Shown here: one piece after another, positions 1 through 8,199 of the stretch | How the letters are laid out: each line of letters starts with the position of its first letter | Position numbering within the stretch: position 1 is the first letter of the stretch | DNA from: an uncultured Schumannella sp. | Lineage (GTDB): Bacteria; Actinomycetota; Actinomycetes; Actinomycetales; Microbacteriaceae | Length of the DNA: 64,000 nt | Assembly (NCBI RefSeq): GCF_905479755.1 | Contig: NZ_CAJQNT010000009.1 | Coordinates: 7,844-71,843 of the forward strand | Direction of reading: 5' to 3' | The notes under the pieces: model-generated | The model's database searches: none | Told to the model about the DNA's origin: nothing | Seen by the model: only the letters and a program-made list of their open reading frames with translations | Program-made: the position numbers and the translations under genes

Positions 1-1150
1 GCGGCGCAGCAGCGACGGTGAGATCAGTGGCCAGAGAGAGAAACGCGGTCACCCCAACGCTCAGTGCGACACCGCCCAGCAGCACCAAGACGAGTGACTG
101 CGTGGGCGTGGCCAACGCGATACCGAACAAGCCGATGCTCGCGGCCCCCAGACCGAGGACGATGACGCGCGGTTTCGATAGCCGGGTAATGAGGACACTG
201 GCCAGAATCGCGCCGCCGATCCCGAACACGGCCATCGGAATCATCGCCAGCGACGCCAGCAGCGGAGAGAGGCCGAGCACGAGTTGCATGTACTGAGCCA
301 GCGACATATTCGGCCCGGTGAGCGCAAACATCCCGACCGCGACGATCAGCAGTCCGAGCCTGACGCCAGGCACGCGGATCAGGTCGCGGTCGATTAGGGG
401 ATGCCGTGCACGGCGCTGATGCCACACGAACCCGGAACCGGCTGCCAGCGTGAGAGCGAGAAGAAGCCACTCGGGCACACCCCAGACGCCGGAGGCTGCT
501 TGCTTGAGCAACGCCATCGCCGAGACCACCAGCGTGAGACCGATCAGAGCACCGACGAGGGGCAACGGCGCGGGCGTCTTTGCACGAGACTCCGCTACCC
601 ACAGTCGCAACCCGAGCAGCAGGAGCACCACGACAGGGGCATTGATGATGAACACCGACCCCCAGGGGAAGAACTCAAGCAGCCCGCCAGCGACCACCGG
701 CCCCAGCGCACCGCCCGCCGCGAACGCTGCCGTCCACAGGCCGATGGCTCTGGCGCGTTGCTGTTCGTCGGTGAACGTCGTGCGGATGAGCGCGAGCGTC
801 GAGGGCATCAGCGTGGCACCACCGAACCCCATCATCGCGCGAGCGAAGATCAGCCACCCCGCGGAGGTCGAAAACGCCGCAGCCAACGACGCGAGACCGA
901 ACAGCACCGCCCCGATCACGAGCAGGCGGCGGCGTCCGATGCGATCCCCGAGCCTGCCCGCCGGAATCAGCAGCGCAGCCAGGACGAACCCATACACGTC
1001 CATGATCCACAAAAGTTGCGAACCAGACGGACGCAACTGCTCACTCAGCGAGGGCACCGCGAGGTAGAGCACCGTGAGATCCATCGACACCACCACAACC
1101 GGCAGCAGCAACGTGGTCAGGGCCAGACGCTGGCGTGTACTCATCTTCAT
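1..1150 (-). CDS. MFS drug-efflux transporter (DHA2/EmrB-QacA-like), 3' end cut by window edge
   Basis: Absent from the ORF track because the frame stays open to position 1. Reverse complement from ATG (comp. 1148-1150) reads MKMSTRQRLALTTLLLPVVVVSMDLTVLYLAVPSLSEQL...LIPAGRLGDRIGRRRLLVIG, i.e. MFS TM1 plus the cytoplasmic loop motif. It is still hydrophobic at the edge (...LSVGVTAFLSLATDLTVAAAP). Divergent from a MerR gene. Confidence 0.75.
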   Translation of the reverse strand, partial: MKMSTRQRLALTTLLLPVVVVSMDLTVLYLAVPSLSEQLRPSGSQLLWIMDVYGFVLAALLIPAGRLGDRIGRRRLLVIGAVLFGLASLAAAFSTSAGWLIFARAMMGFGGATLMPSTLALIRTTFTDEQQRARAIGLWTAAFAAGGALGPVVAGGLLEFFPWGSVFIINAPVVVLLLLGLRLWVAESRAKTPAPLPLVGALIGLTLVVSAMALLKQAASGVWGVPEWLLLALTLAAGSGFVWHQRRARHPLIDRDLIRVPGVRLGLLIVAVGMFALTGPNMSLAQYMQLVLGLSPLLASLAMIPMAVFGIGGAILASVLITRLSKPRVIVLGLGAASIGLFGIALATPTQSLVLVLLGGVALSVGVTAFLSLATDLTVAAAP

Positions 1151-1165
1151 ACCCACGACGCTAGA

Positions 1166-1185
1166 ACTTGAACATTGGTTGAAGT
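1166..1185. promoter_or_regulatory. imperfect palindrome ACTTGAAC-ATTG-GTTGAAGT in the MFS/MerR divergent intergenic region (possible MerR operator)
   Basis: 6 of 8 positions pair between the two half-sites. It lies between the divergent starts at 1150 and 1203. MerR regulators typically bind a dyad inside the promoter spacer. Confidence 0.25.
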
Positions 1186-1202
1186 CAAGCCATGCTGGAA
1201 GC

Positions 1203-1583
1203 ATGACTATCATCGAGACTGACGCGCCCGAGTTGCTGACGGTCGGCGAGACGGCTGAACTCAGCGGCACCGCGACCTCGGCGATCCGCTTCTACGAGCG
1301 GCAAGGGCTCATCGAGTCACAGCGCACCTCCGGCAACCAGCGCCGTTACCAGCACTGGGTTCCCTGCGTGGTTCGCGTAGCCCGGGTCGCCCAGCGCGTC
1401 GGGTTGTCCGTGCAGGAGATCGCCAAGGTGCTGGAAGACGTTCCGGACGAGCCGACCCCCGAGGACTGGCAACGACTGACCGACCACCTCATCGCCGATG
1501 CTGAACGCCGGATCGCCGAACTCCACGCCGTGCTCGCAGACCTGAAATCTGAAACCAAGCGCTGCGACCTTCCCAGTCGCTGA
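1203..1583 (+). CDS. MerR family transcriptional regulator
   Basis: Internal ATG of ORF 1074..1583. MTIIETDAPELLTVGETAELSGTATSAIRFYERQGLI...RRY is the MerR N-terminal HTH, followed by a C-terminal coiled-coil-like helix. No SoxR-type Cys cluster. Confidence 0.8.
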   Translation: MTIIETDAPELLTVGETAELSGTATSAIRFYERQGLIESQRTSGNQRRYQHWVPCVVRVARVAQRVGLSVQEIAKVLEDVPDEPTPEDWQRLTDHLIADAERRIAELHAVLADLKSETKRCDLPSR

Positions 1584-1637
1584 CTCCCGACTCCTACATT
1601 CGAACTCGCGACCCTCTACGACAGCGCCGTCGTTCCT

Positions 1638-1660
1638 GCCTCAGTTTGCTGAGGCTTTTT
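1638..1660 (+). terminator. hairpin plus T-tract downstream of the MerR gene
   Basis: GCCTCAG-TTTG-CTGAGGC followed by TTTTT. Confidence 0.5.
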
Positions 1661-1774
1661 CGAGCACCTGATATTTCCCCCACACGTCTGGCACTAAGAG
1701 TGCGGGCCGCGCGCTGCGCGCGCACCTGACCCCCGAGATCGTCCCTCCTGTGACGGTCTTGGGGAGGGGCCGTC

Positions 1775-4700
1775 GTGGTGATGACCATCCGGGTCATGTC
1801 GTCCGGCAAGGGCTACGAGTACCTGTTGAAATCCGTTGTCGTTGGTGATGGTGATCGGGAGATGAGCAGCCCGCTGACCCGGTACTACACCGAGTCCGGC
1901 TGCCCGCCCGGAACGTGGGTCGGCACCGGCCTGATGAGCCTCGACGACGGGCGCAGCTCAGCGTTGGCCGAGGGCGACACGGTGACCGAGGAACACCTGG
2001 CCCGACTGCTCGGTGATGGCATCCACCCGGTCACCGGCGAGAAGCTTGGCAAGAGGTTCCCCTCGCTGCAACCCCCGCGCGAGCGGATTGCGGCCCGTAT
2101 TGCACGACTTGACGCCGACTTGCGAGGCGAGGCACGGACCGAGGCTGTGGATCGCATTCGCGAGGAGGAGGTTGCGAAGAAGCCGCGCACCGCCGTTGCA
2201 GGGTTCGACTTGACGTTCTCCCCGCCGAAGTCGGTCAGTGCGATCTGGGGCTTGGCCGACGCGGGAACGCAAACGCTGATCGCGCAGGCGCATCACGCCG
2301 CGATGCGCGACACGATCGCGATGCTGGAAGATCGCGTCACCGCAACCCGCGTAGGCGCGGGCGGTATCGCGCAGATGCCGATCATGGGCGTGATCGCCAC
2401 GGCGTTCGACCACTACGACTCCCGAGCCGCCGACCCGCAACTACATACGCACGTCGTGGTGTCGAACAAGGTGCAGGGCGAGGACGGACGGTGGCGCACG
2501 CTCGACTCCCGCCGACTACACAAGGCCGCTGTCGCTCTCTCCGAGTCGTACAACGCCTTCGTCACCGACCACACCGCGCGGCTTCTCGGCGTGACGTGGG
2601 TGCCGGTCGACCGGGGCAAAGACCGCAACACCGGGTGGGAGATCGAGGGCGTACCGGCAGAACTGATCGCGGAGTTCTCCCGTCGCACCACCGGAGGCGT
2701 TGACGGTAGGGAGGGCATCGAACAGGTCAAGAACCGGCTGATCGAGCAGTACGTCGCTGAGCACGGGCGGCAACCCTCGGCGGCGACGATTGCGAAGCTC
2801 CGCCAGCAGGCGACCTTGGAGACCAGGCCCGAGAAAGAACTGCACTCACTGTCCGAACTCACCGCCGACTGGCGTGCGCGAGCCGAGGTCGTACTCGGTG
2901 AGGACGCAACTACGTGGGCACAACACCTGCTCGACCGGGGTGCGACCAAAGCCCGACTCCGCGCGGATGATCTCGGGCTGGAGCAGATCGAGGATCTCGC
3001 ATCCGTGGTGCTGATGGAGGTAGCGAACAGGCGTGCAACCTGGGGGCGATGGAACCTGCACGCCGAGACGATGCGGCAGATCATGGGTGTCCGGTTCGCA
3101 ACCACCGACGACCGTATCCGCGTGCTCGATCAGATCGTCGCGCACGCCGAGGCCGAATCGCTCCGGCTCACCCCGGACTACGACCGCGCCGTACCCGCCC
3201 ACTACATCGAGGGTGAGGGCAACAGGTTCCAGCTGGTCGATCAGATCGCATACTCCAGCCAAGACATCCTCGACGCCGAGCAGCGCCTCCTCGCGCACAG
3301 CCAGCGCACTGGCGGGCCAGCACTGACGGCGCGGCTCGTCGCACGTCACACTTCCCGCAAGATCAGGGGCGTCCGGCTCGACCCCGACCAGACCATCGCT
3401 ATCACCCGCATCGCCCGCTCCGGGCTGACCCTCGATCTGCTCGTCGGCCCCGCCGGTTCCGGCAAAACCACCGCGCTGCGTGCCCTGCATCGGGCATGGA
3501 CAGCAGCGCACGGGCGCGACTCAGTGATTGGCCTCGCACCGTCAGCAGCAGCCGCCGAAGTGCTCGGCGACTCGCTCGGTGTTCGGGCGGAGAACACCGC
3601 GAAGTTTCTCTACGAACACCACCACGGGCGTTGGAACCTCGAAGCCGGGCAGCTCGTGCTCGTGGACGAGTCCTCCCTGGCCGGAACTCTCGCGCTCGAT
3701 CGGATCACCGAGCACGCCGCCGAGGTCGGAGCCAAGGTCGTGCTCATCGGCGATTGGGCGCAGCTGAGCGCGGTCGAAACAGGTGGGGCGTTCGGGATGC
3801 TCGTCCGCCACCGCGATCAGGTTCCCGAACTCACCGATGTGCGCCGCTTCGCCAACGACTGGGAGAAGACCGCGAGCCTCAGCCTGCGACACGGAAACAC
3901 CGACGCGCTCGACGACTACCAGGCGCGCGGCAGACTACTCGACGGCGACGCCGAGACGATGCTCGACAGCATCTACGAGGCATGGCGCACCGACCGCGAC
4001 GAAGGCCTGCGCACGCTGATGATCGCGGGCACCGGCGAGATGGTCGCCCAACTCAACGAACGCGCCCGCGCCGACCTGATTGAAGCCGGACAGGTCGAGG
4101 CCGATGGCCTGCGTCTGCACGACGGCACCACCGCAGGCGTTGGCGATCTCGTCGTCACCCGGCTCAACGACCGCCGCCTGTCCGCCGGCAGAGCGTGGGT
4201 CAAGAACGGCGACCGTTGGCAGGTCACCCGCCGCTACGGCGACGGTTCGCTCGCTGTGCGCCGCTTGGGGCGCGGCGATCAACCTCACGGCAAGGCACTC
4301 GTGTTGCCCGCGAGATACGTGCGTCAGGAACTCGAACTCGGCTACGCCTCCACGGTTCACCGTGCCCAAGGAGCAAGCGTCGATACCGCGCACGCGCTGG
4401 TTGATCCCGAAGCCTCGTCACGGGAGTCGTTCTACGTGGCGATGACGCGCGGCAAGCTCCGCAACCATGCCTACGTGATCGTGCCCGACCCGCACGAGGT
4501 CGAGCCGCATCTCGACCAGCCTGAACTGCTGACCCTGACAGACCGGCTCGCCAAGGTGCTCGCCCGAACCGACGCCGACCTGTCCGTGACCGAAACCTTG
4601 ACGCTCGAGGTAGACCGGCACGCCTCGCTGTCCACGCTGCTGGACGAGTACGACGTGCTCGCCCGCGAAGCACAGACCGACCGCTGGGCCACGCTGCTCG

Positions 4701-5332
4701 ATGGCGCACCGTTCCCCGAGAACGTGGCCGACGACGTGTTCACCAGTCCCTACTATGAGCACTTGGAGAGCGCACTCGCGCGTCACGAGGCAGCCGGCCA
4801 TCTCGCCGCGGTCGCGCTCACCGCGCTCGCACCGAGGATCACACCGGGCGAAGACCAGGCCGACCCCGCCGCGCAGCTGGCTGACATGCTCGACCAAGCC
4901 ACTCAGAAGCTCCGGCCCGGTAAACGAACCAGGGTACGAGTCGCCGGACTCATCCCGACGCCCGCCGAGCCGATCGCGTACGACATGCAGACCGCACTCA
5001 CCGAACGGCAGAGACTCATCGAAGCCGCCGCAGGGCGACTCGTAGATGAGGCACAGAGTGTCGGAGCAAGCTGGGCCTCACGACTTGGCAAGCCTCCGAC
5101 CCAGCCAAGAGCGCGAACGCAGTGGCAGGCGCACGCGGTCACCATCGCGCTGTATCGATACCGCTACGAGGTGACCGGCTCCTCGCCATTGGGAGAGGCC
5201 CAGAGCGTCCGCACGCCCGAACAAGCGGCCGAACACCGGACAGCGCGGTCCGCCTTCGCTCAGCTCCGGCAGCTCAGCACACGCACCGACAGCTTCCAGC
5301 GCCCAAGCATCGACCGTGTACGCCGACTCTAG
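1775..5332 (+). CDS. MobF-family conjugative relaxase with C-terminal helicase (TrwC/TraA-like)
   Basis: N-terminal relaxase motifs: GKGYEYLL, TRYYTE, and the His-triad HYDSRAADPQLHTHVVVSN (2411-2467). Helicase Walker A VGPAGSGKTT (3443-3472); VLVDESS; C-terminal TVHRAQGASVD. RBS GGGGAGGGG at 1761-1769. The start could be GTG 1775, GTG 1778 or ATG 1781. Confidence 0.85.
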   Translation: MVMTIRVMSSGKGYEYLLKSVVVGDGDREMSSPLTRYYTESGCPPGTWVGTGLMSLDDGRSSALAEGDTVTEEHLARLLGDGIHPVTGEKLGKRFPSLQPPRERIAARIARLDADLRGEARTEAVDRIREEEVAKKPRTAVAGFDLTFSPPKSVSAIWGLADAGTQTLIAQAHHAAMRDTIAMLEDRVTATRVGAGGIAQMPIMGVIATAFDHYDSRAADPQLHTHVVVSNKVQGEDGRWRTLDSRRLHKAAVALSESYNAFVTDHTARLLGVTWVPVDRGKDRNTGWEIEGVPAELIAEFSRRTTGGVDGREGIEQVKNRLIEQYVAEHGRQPSAATIAKLRQQATLETRPEKELHSLSELTADWRARAEVVLGEDATTWAQHLLDRGATKARLRADDLGLEQIEDLASVVLMEVANRRATWGRWNLHAETMRQIMGVRFATTDDRIRVLDQIVAHAEAESLRLTPDYDRAVPAHYIEGEGNRFQLVDQIAYSSQDILDAEQRLLAHSQRTGGPALTARLVARHTSRKIRGVRLDPDQTIAITRIARSGLTLDLLVGPAGSGKTTALRALHRAWTAAHGRDSVIGLAPSAAAAEVLGDSLGVRAENTAKFLYEHHHGRWNLEAGQLVLVDESSLAGTLALDRITEHAAEVGAKVVLIGDWAQLSAVETGGAFGMLVRHRDQVPELTDVRRFANDWEKTASLSLRHGNTDALDDYQARGRLLDGDAETMLDSIYEAWRTDRDEGLRTLMIAGTGEMVAQLNERARADLIEAGQVEADGLRLHDGTTAGVGDLVVTRLNDRRLSAGRAWVKNGDRWQVTRRYGDGSLAVRRLGRGDQPHGKALVLPARYVRQELELGYASTVHRAQGASVDTAHALVDPEASSRESFYVAMTRGKLRNHAYVIVPDPHEVEPHLDQPELLTLTDRLAKVLARTDADLSVTETLTLEVDRHASLSTLLDEYDVLAREAQTDRWATLLDGAPFPENVADDVFTSPYYEHLESALARHEAAGHLAAVALTALAPRITPGEDQADPAAQLADMLDQATQKLRPGKRTRVRVAGLIPTPAEPIAYDMQTALTERQRLIEAAAGRLVDEAQSVGASWASRLGKPPTQPRARTQWQAHAVTIALYRYRYEVTGSSPLGEAQSVRTPEQAAEHRTARSAFAQLRQLSTRTDSFQRPSIDRVRRL

Positions 5333-5414
5333 GTAGGGGTTGGTTCTGCCTGCGCGAGGACGTGTGTCTCTCGTACACTGATGACATGTGACCGTGCTCG
5401 CGAGGAGGAGTTCC

Positions 5415-5519
5415 ATGTCGATAGAAGCGGACGCCTCCAGACAGGGTGGCTCCCAGCTCTCAGGCCCATCTGGTGTGGATATTGCCAGTGGGGACAGAGC
5501 GAGGCGGTGGCTGAAGTGA
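5415..5519 (+). CDS. hypothetical 34-aa upstream ORF, translationally coupled to the PHP-ATPase gene
   Basis: Strong SD GAGGAGGAG (5402-5410) lies 4 nt before ATG 5415. Peptide is MSIEADASRQGGSQLSGPSGVDIASGDRARRWLK. Its TGA (5517-5519) overlaps GTG 5516 of the next gene (GTGA). Below the ORF-track length cut-off. Confidence 0.3.
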   Translation: MSIEADASRQGGSQLSGPSGVDIASGDRARRWLK

Positions 5520-8155
5520 TTGACACACAATCATCTGGCGACGACGGGTCGCGTGGTGCGCGCTGGGTTCGTGCGGCTCTGCAGGTGAACCCATACGGGT
5601 ATGTTGGCAACCCTTCGCCCTCCAAGAGCTTCGCCGATGAGGCGGCCTACAACGCTGCACTGATCGTCGAACTAAAGGCTCAGCAGATCGAGCTAATCGC
5701 GATCACGGACCATTGGAACGCGAGTAGTGCGTCTCAGCTCATCGTCGATGTGGAGGCTGCAGGCATCGTCGCACTTCCTGGCTTCGAGGCGAACACCTCT
5801 GAAGGCATCCACTTGCTGGTGATATTCGAACGTGGCACAGCGATTGAGCAGATCACTGCGGCGATCGGCGCTTGTGGGTTGACGCCTGGTGCGGCGAAGG
5901 GCACTACGAAGAAGTCTTACGGCGACATTTTGACGGATATGTGCGGGCGAGGCGCTTTAGTTATTCCGGCACATGCCAACGTCGCAAACGCCGGGCTCCT
6001 GAGTCGAGCCAAGGGCGACACTCTCGCCGAGATGGTTAAGCACCCAGATTTGCTCGCCATCGGCATCACCCCCTCCGCAGCCCCGCTTGGCGATCAGATC
6101 AAGATCCTCAAGGGCACCAGGCCCTACGATCGGCCGCACTCGCTCGTTGCCATTCATGCAGATGATGTATCCGATCCTGCGACCCTGGCCTCTGCTGGTG
6201 CGAGCACTTGGTTCAAGATGAGTAGTCCGAGTTTGCTTGGACTTCGCCACGCAGTGAAGACACCAGAGACGCGGGTTAGCACAGTCGATCCGGCATCGAC
6301 GTCACGCGTGCTGCTCCGCGAAATTTCATGGGATGGCGGCTACCTCGACGGCCAGAGGATCTATCTTGCTGAAGACCTCACGGCGCTCATTGGCGGTCGA
6401 GGTACTGGTAAGTCCACTGCTATCGAAAGTCTCCGCTACGTGTTGGAGATTTCGCCTATCGGTCAAGCATCAAGTGATGACCACAAAGACATGGTCAAAA
6501 ACGTGCTCGGCGCTGGAACGGTAGTCTCGCTTGTTGTGGACGTGGTGACTCCGAGTCCCGCACGTTTCACGATCGAGCGCACCATCAACAACCCGGCAAT
6601 AGTCCGTGACTCCAGCGGTACGCAAACAAGTCAGCGGCCACGCGATGTTGTCGGAAACCTTGAGATCTTTGGTCAACACGAACTCGCCGAGCTGGCCCAG
6701 GACAAAGACCTCATGGCCGAACTGGTCGCGAGAGTGGCAGGAAAGCCAACGTCGCCCGCCGAACGAGATCAGCTTCTGAAAGACCTGGCCGACAATCGGG
6801 ACGATATCGCTAAGCACGAGCGGGATCGCGAAGCGTTGGAGAACGAACTCGCAGACATTCCGCGCCTTACCGAGAGCATGGAAGCCTTCGAGAAGACCGA
6901 CCTTGCGGCGAAGCTTGACCAGAAGACCCGGCTTGATAAGGACGAGGCGGTGCTCACCGAGGCGTCTGAGCGAGTCCAGCAGGTTGAAGACTTCATTAGT
7001 GGATGGGGGCTTGAGGCTCTGAGTGAAGAGCTTCGCGCTGAGCTCGCTGATGTCGATGACTCTCCACGTAAAGGTACTTTGCAGCAACTCAAGCCAGTGC
7101 TCGATGCGCTCGCCAAAGTGTTGGAGCAGACTGCCGCAACGGCGCGTTCCGCCGTTGACGATGCGAAGAAGAAGATCGAAGCGACCGAGCAGGCTTGGAA
7201 AGACGGGACCAAAACTGAGAGCGACGGTGTCGCGGCCGTTCTGCGTGAGTTGGTCGAACAGGGGCACAAGCCTGATGAGTACCTGACTCTGCAGTCGAAT
7301 CTGATTCGGCTGAAGAAGCGAGCGGAAAAGCGGGCTAACTTCGACAAGGAAAAGAAGAAGCTCCTGGGGGCGCGAGCCAAGTTGCTCCGTCAGCTCTCCG
7401 ATATCGACAAGAAGACCGCGTCCGATCTCAAGAAGGCCATCAAAGCTTCAAACGAGGCAACTGCGGGTGCTGTCATAGTGAAGCCGATCGCCTCGCCGGA
7501 TCGAAGCCAGATCAAAGCGGTAGTCTCCAAGCACTTCTCGACCCAACGTAGTCAAATATTCTCGGCCATCGATAAAGATGACTTCAGTGTCGCGGCATTC
7601 GTGGCGGCTGCGCGATCAGGCTTAGACGCTATCTCTGCGCTGGGTATCACTGGGGCTCAAGCGAAAGCCATCGTCGAGTGCGGCGAACCTCTGTTCCGGG
7701 AGTTCGAAGAGCAGACCGTTGGATTGGCAGTGGAGGTGCAGCTGAACGTCGCCGTCAAAGGTCAGCCAGCGACCTGGCGTCGCCTTGAAGACCTATCGAA
7801 GGGCCAACGAGCGACTGCCCTCCTGCTGCTCCTGCTCGGAGCGTCGATGAGCCCTCTGGTCATCGACCAACCCGAGGACGATCTGGACAACCGATTCGTT
7901 TACGACGGAGTTGTCCAGAAGCTGCGATCGTTGAAAGGAACTCGGCAGCTGATTGTCAGTACGCACAATGCTAATGTTCCCGTTCTTGGAGACGCCGAGT
8001 TGGTTGTGACGCTCGAGGCCGATGGACAGCGTGGGCGAACAGTTGCCGATGGCGTCGGATCGCTCGATGACCCGACGGTCCGAAAGTACGCGGAAGACCT
8101 GCTCGAAGGCGGACGTGCGGCGTTCGACGCACGAAAACGCCTCTACGACTTCTGA
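5516..8155 (+). CDS. PHP-domain phosphoesterase fused to a Rad50/SMC-like ABC ATPase
   Basis: PHP-like motifs: ITDHWN (5702-5719), LPGFE, EGIHLLVIF, VIPAHAN. Walker A GGRGTGKST (6392-6418). A long charged Leu/Glu/Lys-rich insert. Signature-like LSKGQRATALLLLLL (from 7793). Walker B LVIDQPEDDLD (7856-7888). STHNANV. The track start ATG 5381 has no SD, so GTG 5516 coupled to the uORF is preferred. Confidence 0.75.
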   Translation: MIDTQSSGDDGSRGARWVRAALQVNPYGYVGNPSPSKSFADEAAYNAALIVELKAQQIELIAITDHWNASSASQLIVDVEAAGIVALPGFEANTSEGIHLLVIFERGTAIEQITAAIGACGLTPGAAKGTTKKSYGDILTDMCGRGALVIPAHANVANAGLLSRAKGDTLAEMVKHPDLLAIGITPSAAPLGDQIKILKGTRPYDRPHSLVAIHADDVSDPATLASAGASTWFKMSSPSLLGLRHAVKTPETRVSTVDPASTSRVLLREISWDGGYLDGQRIYLAEDLTALIGGRGTGKSTAIESLRYVLEISPIGQASSDDHKDMVKNVLGAGTVVSLVVDVVTPSPARFTIERTINNPAIVRDSSGTQTSQRPRDVVGNLEIFGQHELAELAQDKDLMAELVARVAGKPTSPAERDQLLKDLADNRDDIAKHERDREALENELADIPRLTESMEAFEKTDLAAKLDQKTRLDKDEAVLTEASERVQQVEDFISGWGLEALSEELRAELADVDDSPRKGTLQQLKPVLDALAKVLEQTAATARSAVDDAKKKIEATEQAWKDGTKTESDGVAAVLRELVEQGHKPDEYLTLQSNLIRLKKRAEKRANFDKEKKKLLGARAKLLRQLSDIDKKTASDLKKAIKASNEATAGAVIVKPIASPDRSQIKAVVSKHFSTQRSQIFSAIDKDDFSVAAFVAAARSGLDAISALGITGAQAKAIVECGEPLFREFEEQTVGLAVEVQLNVAVKGQPATWRRLEDLSKGQRATALLLLLLGASMSPLVIDQPEDDLDNRFVYDGVVQKLRSLKGTRQLIVSTHNANVPVLGDAELVVTLEADGQRGRTVADGVGSLDDPTVRKYAEDLLEGGRAAFDARKRLYDF

Positions 8156-8199
8156 TAGCACATGCCAACTTCATCGCTGCCCGCTGCGAAGACAGCATC

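Noticed and set aside
5381-5515. ATG 5381 as the start of the PHP-ATPase (track call)
   Set aside because: It has no SD. The encoded 45 aa (MTCDRAREEEFHVDRSGRLQTGWLPALRPIWCGYCQWGQSEAVAE) looks non-native and overlaps a better-initiated uORF. GTG 5516 with GTGA coupling is preferred but unproven.
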